DNA of 64,000 bases, taken from the NCBI GenBank assembly GCA_030390025.1, contig CM059432.1:58468001-58532000 (forward strand). The letters run 5' to 3'. This DNA comes from Squalus acanthias. Lineage: Eukaryota. Position 1 is the stretch's first letter. Each line of letters begins with the position of its first letter. The position numbers were made by a program, and so were the translations under genes. Below the pieces are notes generated by a model. It had not been told where the DNA came from and ran no database searches. It was given only the letters and a program-made list of their open reading frames with translations. Shown piece by piece: positions 1 to 12,178 of this stretch.

Positions 1-2066
1 AGAATAAAACAAAAAGGGTGACTCAACCGTGGCTAACAAGGGAAATTAGGGATAGCATAAGATCCAAGGAGAGGGCATATAAATTGGCCAGAAAAAGCAG
101 TAACCCTGAGGATTGGGAGCAGTTTAGGATTCAACAAAGGAGGACAAATGGATTAATTAAGAAGGGGAAAATAGAATATGAAAGTAAGCTTGCAGGGAAC
201 ATAAAAACTGACTGTAAGAGCTTTTATAGATATGTGAAGAGAAAAAGATTAGTGGAATCAAGTGTAGGTCCCTTGCAGTCAGAAGCGGGGGAAGTTATAA
301 TGGGGAACAAAGAAATGGCAGACCAATTAAATGCATATTTTGGTTCTGTCTTCGCAAAGGAGGACACAAATAACCTCACAGAGATGTTGGAGAACATAGG
401 GTCTGATGAAAGGGAGGAACTGAAAGAAATCAGTATTTGCAGGGAAATGGTGTTAGGGAAATTGACGGGATTGAAGGCCGATAAATCCCCAGGGCCTGAT
501 AATCTACATCCTAGGGTACTTAAGGAAGTGGCCCTAGAAATAGTAGATGCATTGCTGATCATCTTCCAACATTTGATGGAATCTGGAACCGTACCCATGG
601 ATTGGAGGGTAGCTAATGTTACCCCACTATTCAAAAAGGGTGGTAGAGAGAAAGCGGGGAATTACAGACCGGTAAACCTGACATCGGTAGTGGGGAAAAT
701 GCTAGAGTCCATTATAAAGGATGTAATAGCTGAGCACTTGAAAAACAGTGACAGGATTGGACAAAGTCAACATGGATTTACAAAAGGTAAATCGTGCTTG
801 ACTAATCTACTGGAATTTTTTGAGGATGTAACTGGGAAAATAGATAAGGGAGAACCAGTAGATGTGGTGTATTTGGACTTTCAAAAGGCATTCGATAAGG
901 TCCCGCATAAGAGATTAGCGTGTAAAGTTAAGGCACATGGGATTGGGGGCAAGGTATTGACTTGGATAGAGAACTGGTTGACGGACAGAAAGCAGAGAGT
1001 AGGAATTAATGGGTCTTTTTCCGAGTGGCAGGCAGTGACTAGTGGGGTACCGCAGGGATCGGTCCTTGGACCCCAGCTATTCACAATATACATTAATGAT
1101 CTAGATAAGGGAACTAAATGTAATATCTCCAAGTTTGCAGATGACACAAAGCTGGGTGGGCGTGTGTGCTGCGAGGAGGATACCAAGAAACTCCAGGATG
1201 ATTTGGACAGGTTGGGTGAGTGGGCAGAAGCATGGCAGATGCAATATAACATGGATAAATGCGAGGTTATCCACTTTGGTGTCAAAAACAGAAAGGCAGA
1301 CTATTATCTGAATGGCAATAGATTGGGAGAAGGGGAAGTGCAACGAGACCTGGGTGTCCTTGTGCACCAGTCGCTGAAGGTAAGCATGCAGGTGCAGCAG
1401 GCGGTGAAGAAGGCAAATGGTATGTTGGCCTTCATAGCGAAAGGATTTGAGTATAGGAACAGGGATGTCCTGCTGCAGTTGTACAGGGCCTTGGTGAGAC
1501 CACACCTTGAGTACTGTGTGCAGTTTTGGTTGCCTTATCTGAGGAAGGATGTTCTTGCCATGGAAGGAGTTCAGCGAAGATTCACAAGGCTGATACCTGG
1601 GATGGCAGGAATGACATATGAGGAGAGATTGGGTCGATTGGGCTTATACTCGCTGGAGTATAGAAGAATGAGAGGGGATCTCATCGAAACATATAAAATT
1701 CTGACAGGTCTGGACAAACTAGATGCAGGAAGAATGTTCCCGATGGTCAGAGAGTCCAGAACCAGGGGTCATAATCTAAGGATAAGGGGTAAGCCATTTA
1801 GGACAGAAATGAGGAAGAATTTCTTCACCCAGAGAGTGGTGAACCTGTGGAATTCTCTACCACAGAAGGTAGTTGAGGCCAAGTCATTAAATATATTCAA
1901 GAATGAGTTAGATATATTTCTTAAAGCTAAAGGTATCAAGGGATATGGGGAGAAGGCAGGTACAGGGTACTGAGTTTGGATGATCAGCCATGATCTCATC
2001 GAATGGCGAAACAGGCTCGAGGGGCCGAATGGCCTACTCCTGCTCCTATCTTTTATGTTTCTATGT
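1..2066 (+). mobile_element. CR1-clade LINE (HER1-like), 3' portion; continues upstream of the window
   Basis: Uninterrupted RT ORF followed by a CR1 3' UTR (GATCAGCCATGAT...GGCCGAATGGCCTACTCCTGCTCCTAT) and a TATGTTTC-type tail. Confidence 0.95.
18..1973 (+). CDS. CR1 ORF2, reverse transcriptase and C-terminal region (open for 651 codons, 5' part outside the window)
   Basis: Motifs KSPGPD, NYRPVNLTS, YLDFQKAFDKV, GVPQGSVLGP, KFADD, RPHLEYCVQFW, RRMRGDLIETYK. Confidence 0.95.
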   Translation: MTQPWLTREIRDSIRSKERAYKLARKSSNPEDWEQFRIQQRRTNGLIKKGKIEYESKLAGNIKTDCKSFYRYVKRKRLVESSVGPLQSEAGEVIMGNKEMADQLNAYFGSVFAKEDTNNLTEMLENIGSDEREELKEISICREMVLGKLTGLKADKSPGPDNLHPRVLKEVALEIVDALLIIFQHLMESGTVPMDWRVANVTPLFKKGGREKAGNYRPVNLTSVVGKMLESIIKDVIAEHLKNSDRIGQSQHGFTKGKSCLTNLLEFFEDVTGKIDKGEPVDVVYLDFQKAFDKVPHKRLACKVKAHGIGGKVLTWIENWLTDRKQRVGINGSFSEWQAVTSGVPQGSVLGPQLFTIYINDLDKGTKCNISKFADDTKLGGRVCCEEDTKKLQDDLDRLGEWAEAWQMQYNMDKCEVIHFGVKNRKADYYLNGNRLGEGEVQRDLGVLVHQSLKVSMQVQQAVKKANGMLAFIAKGFEYRNRDVLLQLYRALVRPHLEYCVQFWLPYLRKDVLAMEGVQRRFTRLIPGMAGMTYEERLGRLGLYSLEYRRMRGDLIETYKILTGLDKLDAGRMFPMVRESRTRGHNLRIRGKPFRTEMRKNFFTQRVVNLWNSLPQKVVEAKSLNIFKNELDIFLKAKGIKGYGEKAGTGY

Positions 2067-2208
2067 TCATCTTTACCTTGGGTGTTAGAGGTCATGGAAT
2101 ATGCAAAATGAGTAGTCACGTGAGTAAAGGATTGAGTTTCTGAATAGAGCTTTATAAAGTAATTACCTCCTATGTTCCCTAATCCTTTCTGTCACCTTTT
2201 GAGATTAA

Positions 2209-3053
2209 GGGCTGGATTTTCTCAATGGAGACGTGTTGGAGGCGGGACTGCTGCTTGCCAGTTCTCAGTCCCGCCTCTATCAGCCTCTAGCCAACCAGTG
2301 GGATTTTCCCCTGATTGACCTTGTTAAGCCCACCCAGCGGGCTCAGCAGGCCAATTAGGGGGAAGTCACTGACAGAGCACGTCAACGTCTGACGTGCCAT
2401 CTGTCAAGATTTTTTGAAAGAAGAAATGTCAACATTTGACAGCTCTGTGAAGCTGTCAAACACTGACATTCTGTGTAATTTGATGAGTCCTTGCTTTCAG
2501 GACTCATCAAACCTTTCAACTTTGCAGAAATCTCCTGGCTGTTGGTTCGGAAGCTCCAACAGCCAGTCTGTGAAATCTACAATGAAGATGTCGGGACTCC
2601 AGATCCACAGCGGCTGAAGGCTGTAGGCAGAAACAAAGGTAAGTGAACATTTTATAACACTTAACACTCACCTTACATACTTACCACTCCACTCTTGCAC
2701 CCATCACTCACCTGTACATCTCACTTTCAGGCCCTTTCCACCCCCACAGACCTCCTCCACGTCTCCTACACCCCGGCGGGGTTCTCCGAGGTCGGGAAGC
2801 CTGCATTTGAAAAGGTAAAATGGGACTAATCCTTTTTTCTGCCTGTTAACTACCTGTAAACAGGTAGTTAATAGGATTTAATCCCTTTCCTGCCTCGAGG
2901 AGACGGGACCCAGGGCAGGAGGGCTTCCCGCCTCCTGGCAAAAGGGCGCGGAGGCGGGATGGGGGCGGGTTTGCCAGCCGCCCTCACATTCTGCAACTTT
3001 ACCGGCAATCCCGCCTCCATACCCGCCTCCTTGGGGCTGACAAAATCCAGCCC
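2209..3053. mobile_element. Non-autonomous PIF/Harbinger element (845 bp)
   Basis: Perfect 12-bp TIR GGGCTGGATTTT/AAAATCCAGCCC; TAA TSD at 2206-2208 and 3054-3056. Confidence 0.88.
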
Positions 3054-3506
3054 TAAGCCTCTGTCTTTGAGAGCTCTACCACCAGCTGATGGCGGTTCCA
3101 GCGCCGCACGCCATATCCGTCTTGCTGGTAGCGATGCCGCTAAACTTGATCGCCGGGGACATCGCAATCACAGAGATCATGATGTCAGTGTGCAGCACTC
3201 AACTTGATGCCCAATCTCCCAACTTCATTTTGGCCATTGAACTTACCGGCTGGAGAAAGCAACGACAGGTTGAGGTGGCGGCAGCAGCAGGAAGCAGGCT
3301 CCAGCGATGCTAGTTAAAGGGATCCTCACCAACCACTCGCACCTGACAGGGTTTTGCAGTTTGAGTGGCTGTCCGCCACTTCCAGCTACTGGAAGAGTTT
3401 TCTTTAGTTATTTCAAGATTATTTGGTACCAGGGAGTGTTCTGGCAAGTAAAAAAACTCCCTCATTATTTTTGAGATGCTTCAAACTACAACACTTGCTA
3501 ATAATC

Positions 3507-4707
3507 ATGGGGGCTGTACTAGCAGTGGACCTCGCCCTCCAGGATCTACGGCGGAGGGAACAGAGGCAGCGAGAAAGACTGGAACATGTGCACAGAGGGA
3601 GGAGGAGGACCATCAGGGCTCTCAACAGGAGGCCTTACCCTCCGAGGGTCTTCCGACATCACTTCTCCTATCTTCAATTAAGCGAGGAGCAGTGTATTAG
3701 GAGGCTTCGCTTCACCAAGGTGGTGGTCACAGAACTCTGCCACCTCCTGCAACCAGACCTCCAGCCTCACACCAGGGCAACACGGCTCTCTCAGTGGCAG
3801 TCAAGGTCACCGTGGCCCTCAATTTCATCACCAGCGGATCCTACCAGTCTGCAACAGGAGACGTAGCTAACATCTCCCAGTTCACCATCCATCGCTGCAT
3901 CCAAGAGGTCACAGAGGCTCTCTACAGTAGGAGAAGGGACTACATTGGCTTCCCGATCATCAGAGAGAAGCAGGACGAGCGTGCATGTGACTTTGCCAGG
4001 ATAGCGGGCTTCCCCGTGGTGCAGGGTGCCATCGACTGCACCCATGTGGCTTTGCGGGCACCGCATAACAATCCTGAGATCTTCTGTAACCGCAAAGGCT
4101 ACCATTCACTTAATGTGCAGTTGGTATGTGACCACACACAGCGAATCCTCAATGTCAATGCCCGCTATCCTGGCAGCAGCCATGATGTCTTCATCCTGTG
4201 CCAGACCGGTGTGCTACCACTCTTCCAGTCACCGCGTCAAGCTCGAGGGTGGCTGCTTGGAGACAAGGGTTATCCGCTCTCCGCCTGGCTCGTGACTCCC
4301 CTACGCAACCCCAACACTCATATAAAGAGAGCCATGATGCCACCAGGAAAATCATCGAGCAGACCATTGGCCTACTGAAGCAACAGTTCCGCTGCCTTAA
4401 TCACTCAGGAGGAGCCCTCCAGTACTCGGCTGAGCATGTGTCCCATTTTGTGGTGGTCTGTTGCATGCTCCACAACTTGGCCATCAAGAGGGTGCAACCC
4501 TTGCCACTAGGGATTGCAGGACAACCTCAGGAGGAGGACGAGGGAGAGGAGGATGAGGAGGAGGAGTACAAGGAGGAAGAGGAGGAGGAGGAAGAGGACG
4601 AGGAACAGGAGGGAGGAGGCAGCCAGACAATTGGCCTTCCAGACGGGCTGTTCGTGACCGGCTCATCAGATTCCGATTCGCATGAATTAAACCCCAGATT
4701 CCCGTAG
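3507..4707 (+). pseudogene. Harbinger (HARBI1-like DDE) transposase, frameshifted
   Basis: Split over ORFs 3423-3866, 3794-4378 and 4198-4707; [40 protein letters not shown] motifs; acidic tail. Confidence 0.92.
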
Positions 4708-4712
4708 CTCAC

Positions 4713-5531
4713 CACAGCCCCATCATACCATCCCTGTCTCACACCATATCACAGCCCCATCATACCATCCCTGTCTTACACCGTATCACAGTCCCATCAT
4801 ACCATCCCTGTCTCACACTGTATCACAGCCCCATCATACCATTCCTGTCTCACACTGTATCACAGCCCCATCATACCATCCCTGTCTCACACCGTATCAC
4901 AGCCCCATCATACCATCCCTGTCTTACACCGTATCACAGTCCCATCATACCATCCCTGTCTTACACCGTATCACAGTCCCATCATACCATCCCTGTCTCA
5001 CACCGTATCACAGCCCCATCATACCATCCCTGTCTCACACCGTATCACAGCCCCAGCATACCATCCCTGTCTCACACCGTATCACAGCCCCATCATACCA
5101 TCCCTGTCTCACACCGTATCACAGCCCCATCATACCATCCCTGTCTCACACCGTATCACAGCCCTATCATACCATCCCTGTCTCACACTGTATCACAGCC
5201 CCATCATACCATCCCTGTCTCACACCGTATCACAGCCCCATCATACCATCCCTGTCTCACACCGTATCACAGCCCCATCATACCATCCCTGTCTCACACC
5301 ATATCACAGCCCCATCATACCATCCCTGTCTCACATCATATCACAGCCCCATCATACCATTCCTGTCTCACACCGTATCACAGCCCCATCATACCATCCC
5401 TGTCTCACATCATATCACAGCCCCATCATACCATCCCTGTCTCACACCGTATCACAGCCCCATCATACCATCTCTCTCTCACTCCGTATCACAGTCCCAT
5501 CATACCATCCCTGTCTCACACCGTATCACAG
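4713..5531 (+). repeat. 37-bp minisatellite, 22 units (CACAGCCCCATCATACCATCCCTGTCTCACACCGTAT)
   Basis: Direct tandem units with period 37 from 4713 to 5527; no spacers. Confidence 0.97.
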
Positions 5532-5638
5532 CGTCCTCCTGGGCGCAAAGCTGAAATGAGAGAGACCACAAAATATTCCAAACATAATTAATAAATTTAT
5601 CTATGAACATATCACACATATTACATGAATACTATTAA

Positions 5639-7481
5639 CTAATCACCCTTGTGCAATCCCTTAGTGGCTGTTGTTTGTGTGCCTTTTCCTACTCTCGTGC
5701 TCCTGTGAAGTGTGCCCCCAGTGGCTGCAGCATGGCTGGTGGAAGGCTGCTGAGTTTCCATGGGGGAGACTTCAGATGGCCCTGCAGGACAACCTCGACT
5801 AGTTCTGGACCTAGAAGGCCCAGCTGTAGACTGCACCAACTCGGCATGTGCGGCAGCAGTCTGGGCTGGCTGGCTGACTGGCAGCTGCAAGGGCAATGGA
5901 AGAGTGGCAGTGGTGGGAGCAGGAATGCTGTCATCCAGAGAGAGGACAGCAGGTTCTTGCTCCACTGACCCACTGCCACTCCCCCGGGGCGGCTTCTCAG
6001 CATCCCTAGCAATTTGTTGGAGCACAGATTGCTGGCCTGCTGCGACACCGTGAAAGCCCCGGTCGACGGTGGTAGACCCAGCCACGATGACAGCAGTCAG
6101 AACTGGGGTGGCATCAAGCTGAGACTACATGAGAGCAATCTGAGCTTCCGCTACAGCACTAAGAGGTTGGGTGGCTTCCGCCTGTGCTGCAATGGAAGCT
6201 GCTACATCGCTCATCATGCACAACATCACGTCTGGGTCGTCAATGCCTCTCTGGGAGTGCACCGTCATTTCCAGACTGGAGATCTTGGGCTCCATGCTCT
6301 GCGCAGAGCCCCGTGCAATGGTGGAGGCGGACTTCTCCACACTCCTTGCCATTGCCAAGAGGCTCTCTGGCAGGCATGCCATTGCACCTATTATTTCCGT
6401 GTGCATGCCCATCACCCTTCTTCTGAAGGCCTCCCCATCGAGGTCTTCATCTAAGTCCTGTGCAGCAGAACTCGCATCCAAACTCACCCTCCGGGGAGCT
6501 GGCCCCCAAGCTACCCTTTCCCCCTGGCCTTGCTGCAGCCCACTTGTGCCCAGTGCCTCACTCTGTACAGATCCCGCTCCTACACTAGCCTCGAAAGAAC
6601 GAGTGACAGATACAGTGACACAGTGTCTTCTTCGTCCTCCTCTTCTCCCCCCTCACATTTGGGGACAGGTTGCTCGGGTGCTTGCTGATTATCTGAAAGC
6701 AGAAAGGCACAAGACTCTGGTTATGGTGAGGGGAGGGGGGCAGGAAGGCAGGAATGCATGCATACAGCATGATTAGCTGGAAAGTGAGAAAAGATTGTCG
6801 GCTGAGGGGGAAGTGGGATGTGAGAATAAGGATTAGGAATGAACATACCGTTGTTGTCCACAAGGGGGTCAACGTTGCCGGTGGCCACGGTGCTGACGAC
6901 CTGGCGCCCAATGATCTCCAGCAGTCTTGTCTTCAGCTGGCTCAGCTCTTCAATGTGGGCTTGGCCCCCACCTGTCCGCTCCTGCTCACGCTGGTTGTGA
7001 GCTATCTTGGCCTGCAAGAGAAAGGAAAGTGTGTGAGTGAGTGTGGTTCAATGTGTTTGGGTGATATACCTGCCATAGTTTAATAGCTGTCATTGTATGC
7101 AAGGTATGAGATGCGGGTGTGAGTGTTGACAGGTAGAGATTGTTGGTGGCTGAGTGCTGGGGGTGTGGTGCATTGAGCAGTGTGTGAAGCTTGTGGTACA
7201 GATGGTGGTATGTAGCATTTGTTGACGCCTTCACTCACTCTGACCACCTGTGTGAGGTTGTTAAACTTCTTCCTGCACTGGGTGTGGGACCTGAGGACCA
7301 CAGTGCTGCCCGTGACGTGGTGTGCCACCTCCCTCCACATTGTGCAGCAGACTTGTAGCAAGGGCCTCCTGTCAGTTGACAGGTACAGGACCGCCCACCT
7401 TCTCTCCACCACAAAAACCAATGCCTTCAGAGCTTCATCCGAGAATCTCCGAGCTCTCTCCCTGGGGCAACAATCTGCCAT
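5639..7481 (-). pseudogene. Harbinger Myb/SANT-like DNA-binding gene, 3 exons (7481-7239, 7011-6849, 6692-5639); exon 3 disrupted
   Basis: RARRFSDEAL...WREVA...QCRKKFNNL Myb/SANT motif; GTGAGT and GTATG donors, CAG acceptors; intron phases 0 and 1. Confidence 0.85.
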
Positions 7482-9730
7482 CAGGATTTGTTAACAACTC
7501 TTCCTTCTCCTTGTCCTTTTTCTTATGGTTGTTGGGGCAGCTGCACTAGCAAGAATGCTGAGAATGAAGTGCTGCAGCATCAATGAACCTCCCCTTTAAG
7601 TAGTGAAAAAAGCCTGTGGCAATCATTACTTGCAATTGGACTGTCCCCGATATTGGTCCAGCTTTTCAGTGTAATGCCGATGAGCTTTAGGTTTTAGACT
7701 AGAATTATAACTGCAATCATTTTAATGAGGAGTGAGGACGAATTTTGCATACATCCTAGATGATTTTCAGGTGGCGCAGCTGAACCTTTTCTAATCTAAA
7801 CATTGCCCATTTCTTAGCTATAACGAATTTCTAGCCCTATTTTTTTTTGTTGTGAAATGCTGCTAGCTGGCACATGACTTGAAACCCTGTCAGTTTACAA
7901 GCCTAACAGTTGGCATGTACATGTTCAGCTGCTCAGGTGTAATTATCATGTCTAAGCAGTGATTATTTTCATTTGTCACTGGCAGTTGCTGCTTATTAGA
8001 AAAAGCCACACTGCTGCATGAACAATAATTAAATGCATTTGATAACAAATAATGTATAAAGGGCTTAAATTTCGGTCATGTAGAAAGTCATCCCCTGAAA
8101 ACTTTCTCAAACTCTGAGAATTCTCTTTAATAAAACTGACACATGTATTGTCAGTTCACTTTGTCCACAATTTCCCAGTGAAATGTTACTCCGAATTTTT
8201 TAGAATTCTGTTTTTCTCCATGTTTCCATTTTCAGTGATTGTAGAATCTCAGGAGCCTGATTAAGATACATATCTTCCTGTTGCAGCAGATAATGCACAG
8301 CTCAGTCAGTGGATTTGAAAGTTATTCATTCTATGTGAAAAACTTTGAGACATTTCTGTGAAACATGGTGATAAGGTGCTATATCAATGGAAGTATTTCT
8401 TTTACAAGTTTATGCATGAAGGGGCTGTGCTGAGCGTCATGTTTCAAAAATATTATAAGTAAGATGCAAAAGATTTTCTCTGTAATCGATAGGAACAGTA
8501 TCTAAGTCCCAGTGTTGACATAATTCCTTTCATTAAACAACACATTATCTATATTCATTTAATTACTAGAAATATTCATTAACTGTTTCTATGGTCAGCA
8601 CATGCTATGATCAGTCATCCAGGCCTCCTTTGGTTGACATGATATTTTATTCCTGGTGAATAATGTAACTTAATGGCAAACTTGACCATTTTTCCCTCCG
8701 CCACCAGGGCAATACTTTTATTAGTTAAATGAGCTTCCGGGGGTTGGAGGGGCGTGTGGGGGGAAGGGGGCTCTGGGCTTTACACAGGACTATAATTCGA
8801 CACTGATATAATTTATCCATAATTTAAGAAAAAAAATATCATGGCAACTCATGCAAACTAAATTAGATAGTACCTCTGACCGAGGAGAAGTAAATGAGAA
8901 AAGATCACAATACTGTGTAGTCAGGAATGAGTAATATAATATCAGTAATGATATTACCCAGGTTTAGTTCTTTTTTAATTAGCTGTGATATATATATATA
9001 TATTTTATGGCTTGATTCCCATTCTCTAGTCCAGCTAATTTTGTTTCTGTACATTCGGTGAGGTAGGAATAGGCTGTAATCAGGCAACTGCAGTGAGGAC
9101 AAACATCTCATGAATTTGAGCATGGTTATTGCTAATATACTGTTCCAAAAAAATGAAACTTTTTAATTGATTACAATTGGGTTTTTTTATTTATATTTCT
9201 CAACAAGGACTCAGGTTTGTAATTGAACTGAGGCAGTCTGATAATTGCTTTTCCTGAATCTATCAGATTCCATCTCTAAATGACAAAATATGGAGCATCG
9301 AATAAAAACAAATTAACAGTTAAAGTGAAAATGGCCTCAAGAGCTGAGCTTCATGGGTGAATAGTCAAGGCTCCATGTCAGACCTATATGGAGTTAGTTG
9401 ATCTGGAGTGCTTATGCTGTTTTATATTTACACAAATGTGGAGTGTTTGAGAGGCATGTCTTCCAATAAAAGAATGAAAACTGACAATCAATGTCATATG
9501 AACATGTTCTTTTGGAAAAAAGTAATTGAAAATAATCTGGATAAATGTAACTTTCAAATGTCTGAAGAGAGGAGGGAGAGTGCAGCAGCCTGTCATGTAG
9601 TGTTATGTGGAGTCCCACTGTAGTCAACCAGTCACGTAATGTTCTGCTCACATTGTTATCTATAGATGCGCTAGAAATTTGAATTTCTAGTGCATCCTCT
9701 AGCAAGGTTCAGAAAGAAGAAGAGTGAGAA

Positions 9731-12009
9731 ATGGCTCAACAGGCCATAAAAATTACTCCAAGGTTCTCAGACGCAGCACAAGAGGCCTTAGTGCAGGGGA
9801 TGGAAAGGTGGAGACATGTACTCCATCTGAAGGGGGCCAGGAGGCCCTCCAGACACACACTGCAAAGGCTATGGCAGCAGGTAGCCGACGAGGTCAATGC
9901 CAGCAGTCTTGCCCCAAGGACATGGATGCAGTGCCAAAAGGAGTTCAGTAACCTCACACAAGTGGTCAAAGTCAGTGAATGCATCATCAAATGCCATATC
10001 CCACCAACTGCACCACTAACCTCACACACTGCTCAATGCACCACACCCCCAGCAGTCACCTACCAACAATATCTACCAATCACCACTCAGACCTCACATT
10101 CCTAGCTTCACCTCACCCTCACACACTTACCACTGCTGCAAGTCTCACACCCACATCTCACACCTTGCACACACTGCTAGCTATTCAACCATGACAGGCA
10201 CATCACCCAATCACATTGCACCAAACTCGCTGACACACATCACCCAATCACATTGCACCACACTCACTCACACACACATCACCCAATCACATTGCACCAC
10301 ACTCACTGACCCACATCACTCAATCACATTGCACCACACTCACTCACACACACATCACCCAATCACATTGCACCACACTCACTGACACACATCACCCAAT
10401 CACATTGCACCACATTCACTCACACACACATCACCCAATCACATTGCACCACACTCACTCACACACACATCACCCAATCACATTGCACCACACTCACGCA
10501 CACACACATCACCCAATCACATTGCACCACACTCACTGACACACATCACCCAATCATATTGCACCACACTCACTCACACACACATCACCCAATCACATTG
10601 CACCACACTCACTCACACACTTCCCTCTCTCGCAGTGCAAGGTGGCTCATAACCGCAGGCAGCAGCAGCTAACCGGCAGAGGACGGGCAAGACTGCACAT
10701 CCTGACCCAGCTGGAGGAGACCGTGCTCGACATTATTGGAGGGGCCGACACTGAGGCTGTGGTGATTGGCGAGGCTGAAACCATTGAAGATGACTGTATG
10801 CTTCTCCTTCTCGCATCCCACTTCCGCCTCATCCCACAATCTCTTCTCACTTACAAGCTGCTGACGGTGTAAGCATGCACATCTTGCTTCCCCTCCCCCC
10901 ACCCCCCACCTCCCCTCACCACAACCCTACCCTTGTGCCTTTCTCCTTTCAGATACCCAAGAGCTCCAACCTGGCCAGCCAGTGCAGGAAGAGCAAGAGG
11001 AGAGTGACGGAGAAGAAGAGACACCGTCAGTCGATCTCACACTCGCAGGCTCCAGCTCAGATAATGGCACTGCATGCACTTTAGAGGGTTGTATACAGGT
11101 GGGATCTGCACGTGGTGAGTCACCGGGGTCGAGTGGCCTGTAGCCAGGGCAGGGGGAAAGGGTTGCGCAGGTGCCAGCTCCCACGAGGGTGAGGTCACAC
11201 ATGAGATCTGTTGCAGAGGACTCAGATGAGGACTTCGATGGGGCGGCCTACAGAAGAAGGCTGATGGGCATGCATAGAGACATGCTTGATGCATTGGCAG
11301 GCCTGCGTGTTGTCACTGTCAAAGAGCATGGAGGAGTCCGGCACCAACCTTGCACAGGGCTTTGCACAGAACTTGGAGCTCATGATTTCCAGGATGAAAG
11401 TGATGGGCAACTCCATTATCGCACTTGTGGACCCAACCATGATGCAAGGTCTGATGGGCAATGTCTCAGCTTCCATTGCAGCACAAGCGGAAGCGACCCA
11501 ACATCTGAGTGCTGCAGTGGAAGCTCAGACTTCTGCCACACAATCTCAGACTGCTGCCATCGTGGCTGCATTTACCAGTGTTGAAAGGGGCTTTCAGGGT
11601 GTCATAGAAGTCCAGCAATCTGTCCTCCAGCCAATTAACTAGGATTGCTGAGGCGCCGTCCCAGGGGAGTGGCAGTAGCTCCATGGAATAAGAAGCTGCT
11701 GTCCTCTCTCAGGATGACAGCATTTATCCTCCCACCCCTGCCACTCCACTAGTGCCCTTGCTGTTGCCTGTTAGCCAGCCAGCCCAGACTGCTGTCGCCC
11801 ATGCCGAGATGGTACAGTCCTCTGATGGGCCTTCTAGGCCCAGAGCTGCTCGAGGTCATCCTGCAAGGCCATCTGCAATCTCCCCCACTGAAAGTCAGCA
11901 GCCTTCCACCAGCCATGATGCAGCCACTGGGGTAGCACTTTGTACGAGCACTAGGACAGGCAAATGCACACTGAAGACAGGCACTAAGGGAATGAACAAA
12001 GATGATTAG
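9731..12009 (+). pseudogene. Harbinger Myb/SANT-like gene, 3 exons (9731-9970, 10636-10795, 10953-12009); exon 3 disrupted
   Basis: PRFSDAAQEAL...WQQVA...WMQCQKEFSNL; 160-nt exon 2; homologous to the element A gene. Confidence 0.85.
10199..10620 (+). repeat. 37/39-bp minisatellite, 11 units (core CATCACCCAATCACATTGCACCACACTCAC), in Myb intron 1
   Basis: Core at 10201, 10238, 10277, 10314, 10353, 10390, 10429, 10468, 10507, 10544, 10583. Confidence 0.95.
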
Positions 12010-12178
12010 TTGAATTTGTTATGTAATATTGGACTGATTGATTTATAGATTTGGTTTGGAATATTTGTTTTGTGGTTGCTTTCATTTCAGTATTGTGGCC
12101 ACGAGGACACTGTGATGTTCCATGAGAGAGGGATGGTAAGGTGGGGAAGTGTTGAGCAACAGGGATCTTGTATTTCAT

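Larger units (their letters stand above)
3057..7837. mobile_element. Harbinger element A (transposase +, Myb/SANT gene -); left end not identified
   Basis: Convergent transposase and Myb-like genes; right terminus GAATTTCTAGCCC (reverse complement GGGCTAGAAATTC) resembles other Harbinger ends here. Confidence 0.88.

Noticed and set aside
4713..5531. CRISPR array (37-bp repeat)
   Set aside because: Units are head-to-tail with no unique spacers, there are no cas genes, and the context is vertebrate
2209..7837. One 5.6-kb Harbinger from 2209 to 7837
   Set aside because: The 2209 end pairs perfectly with 3053 and has a TAA TSD; the 7837 end is of a different TIR type
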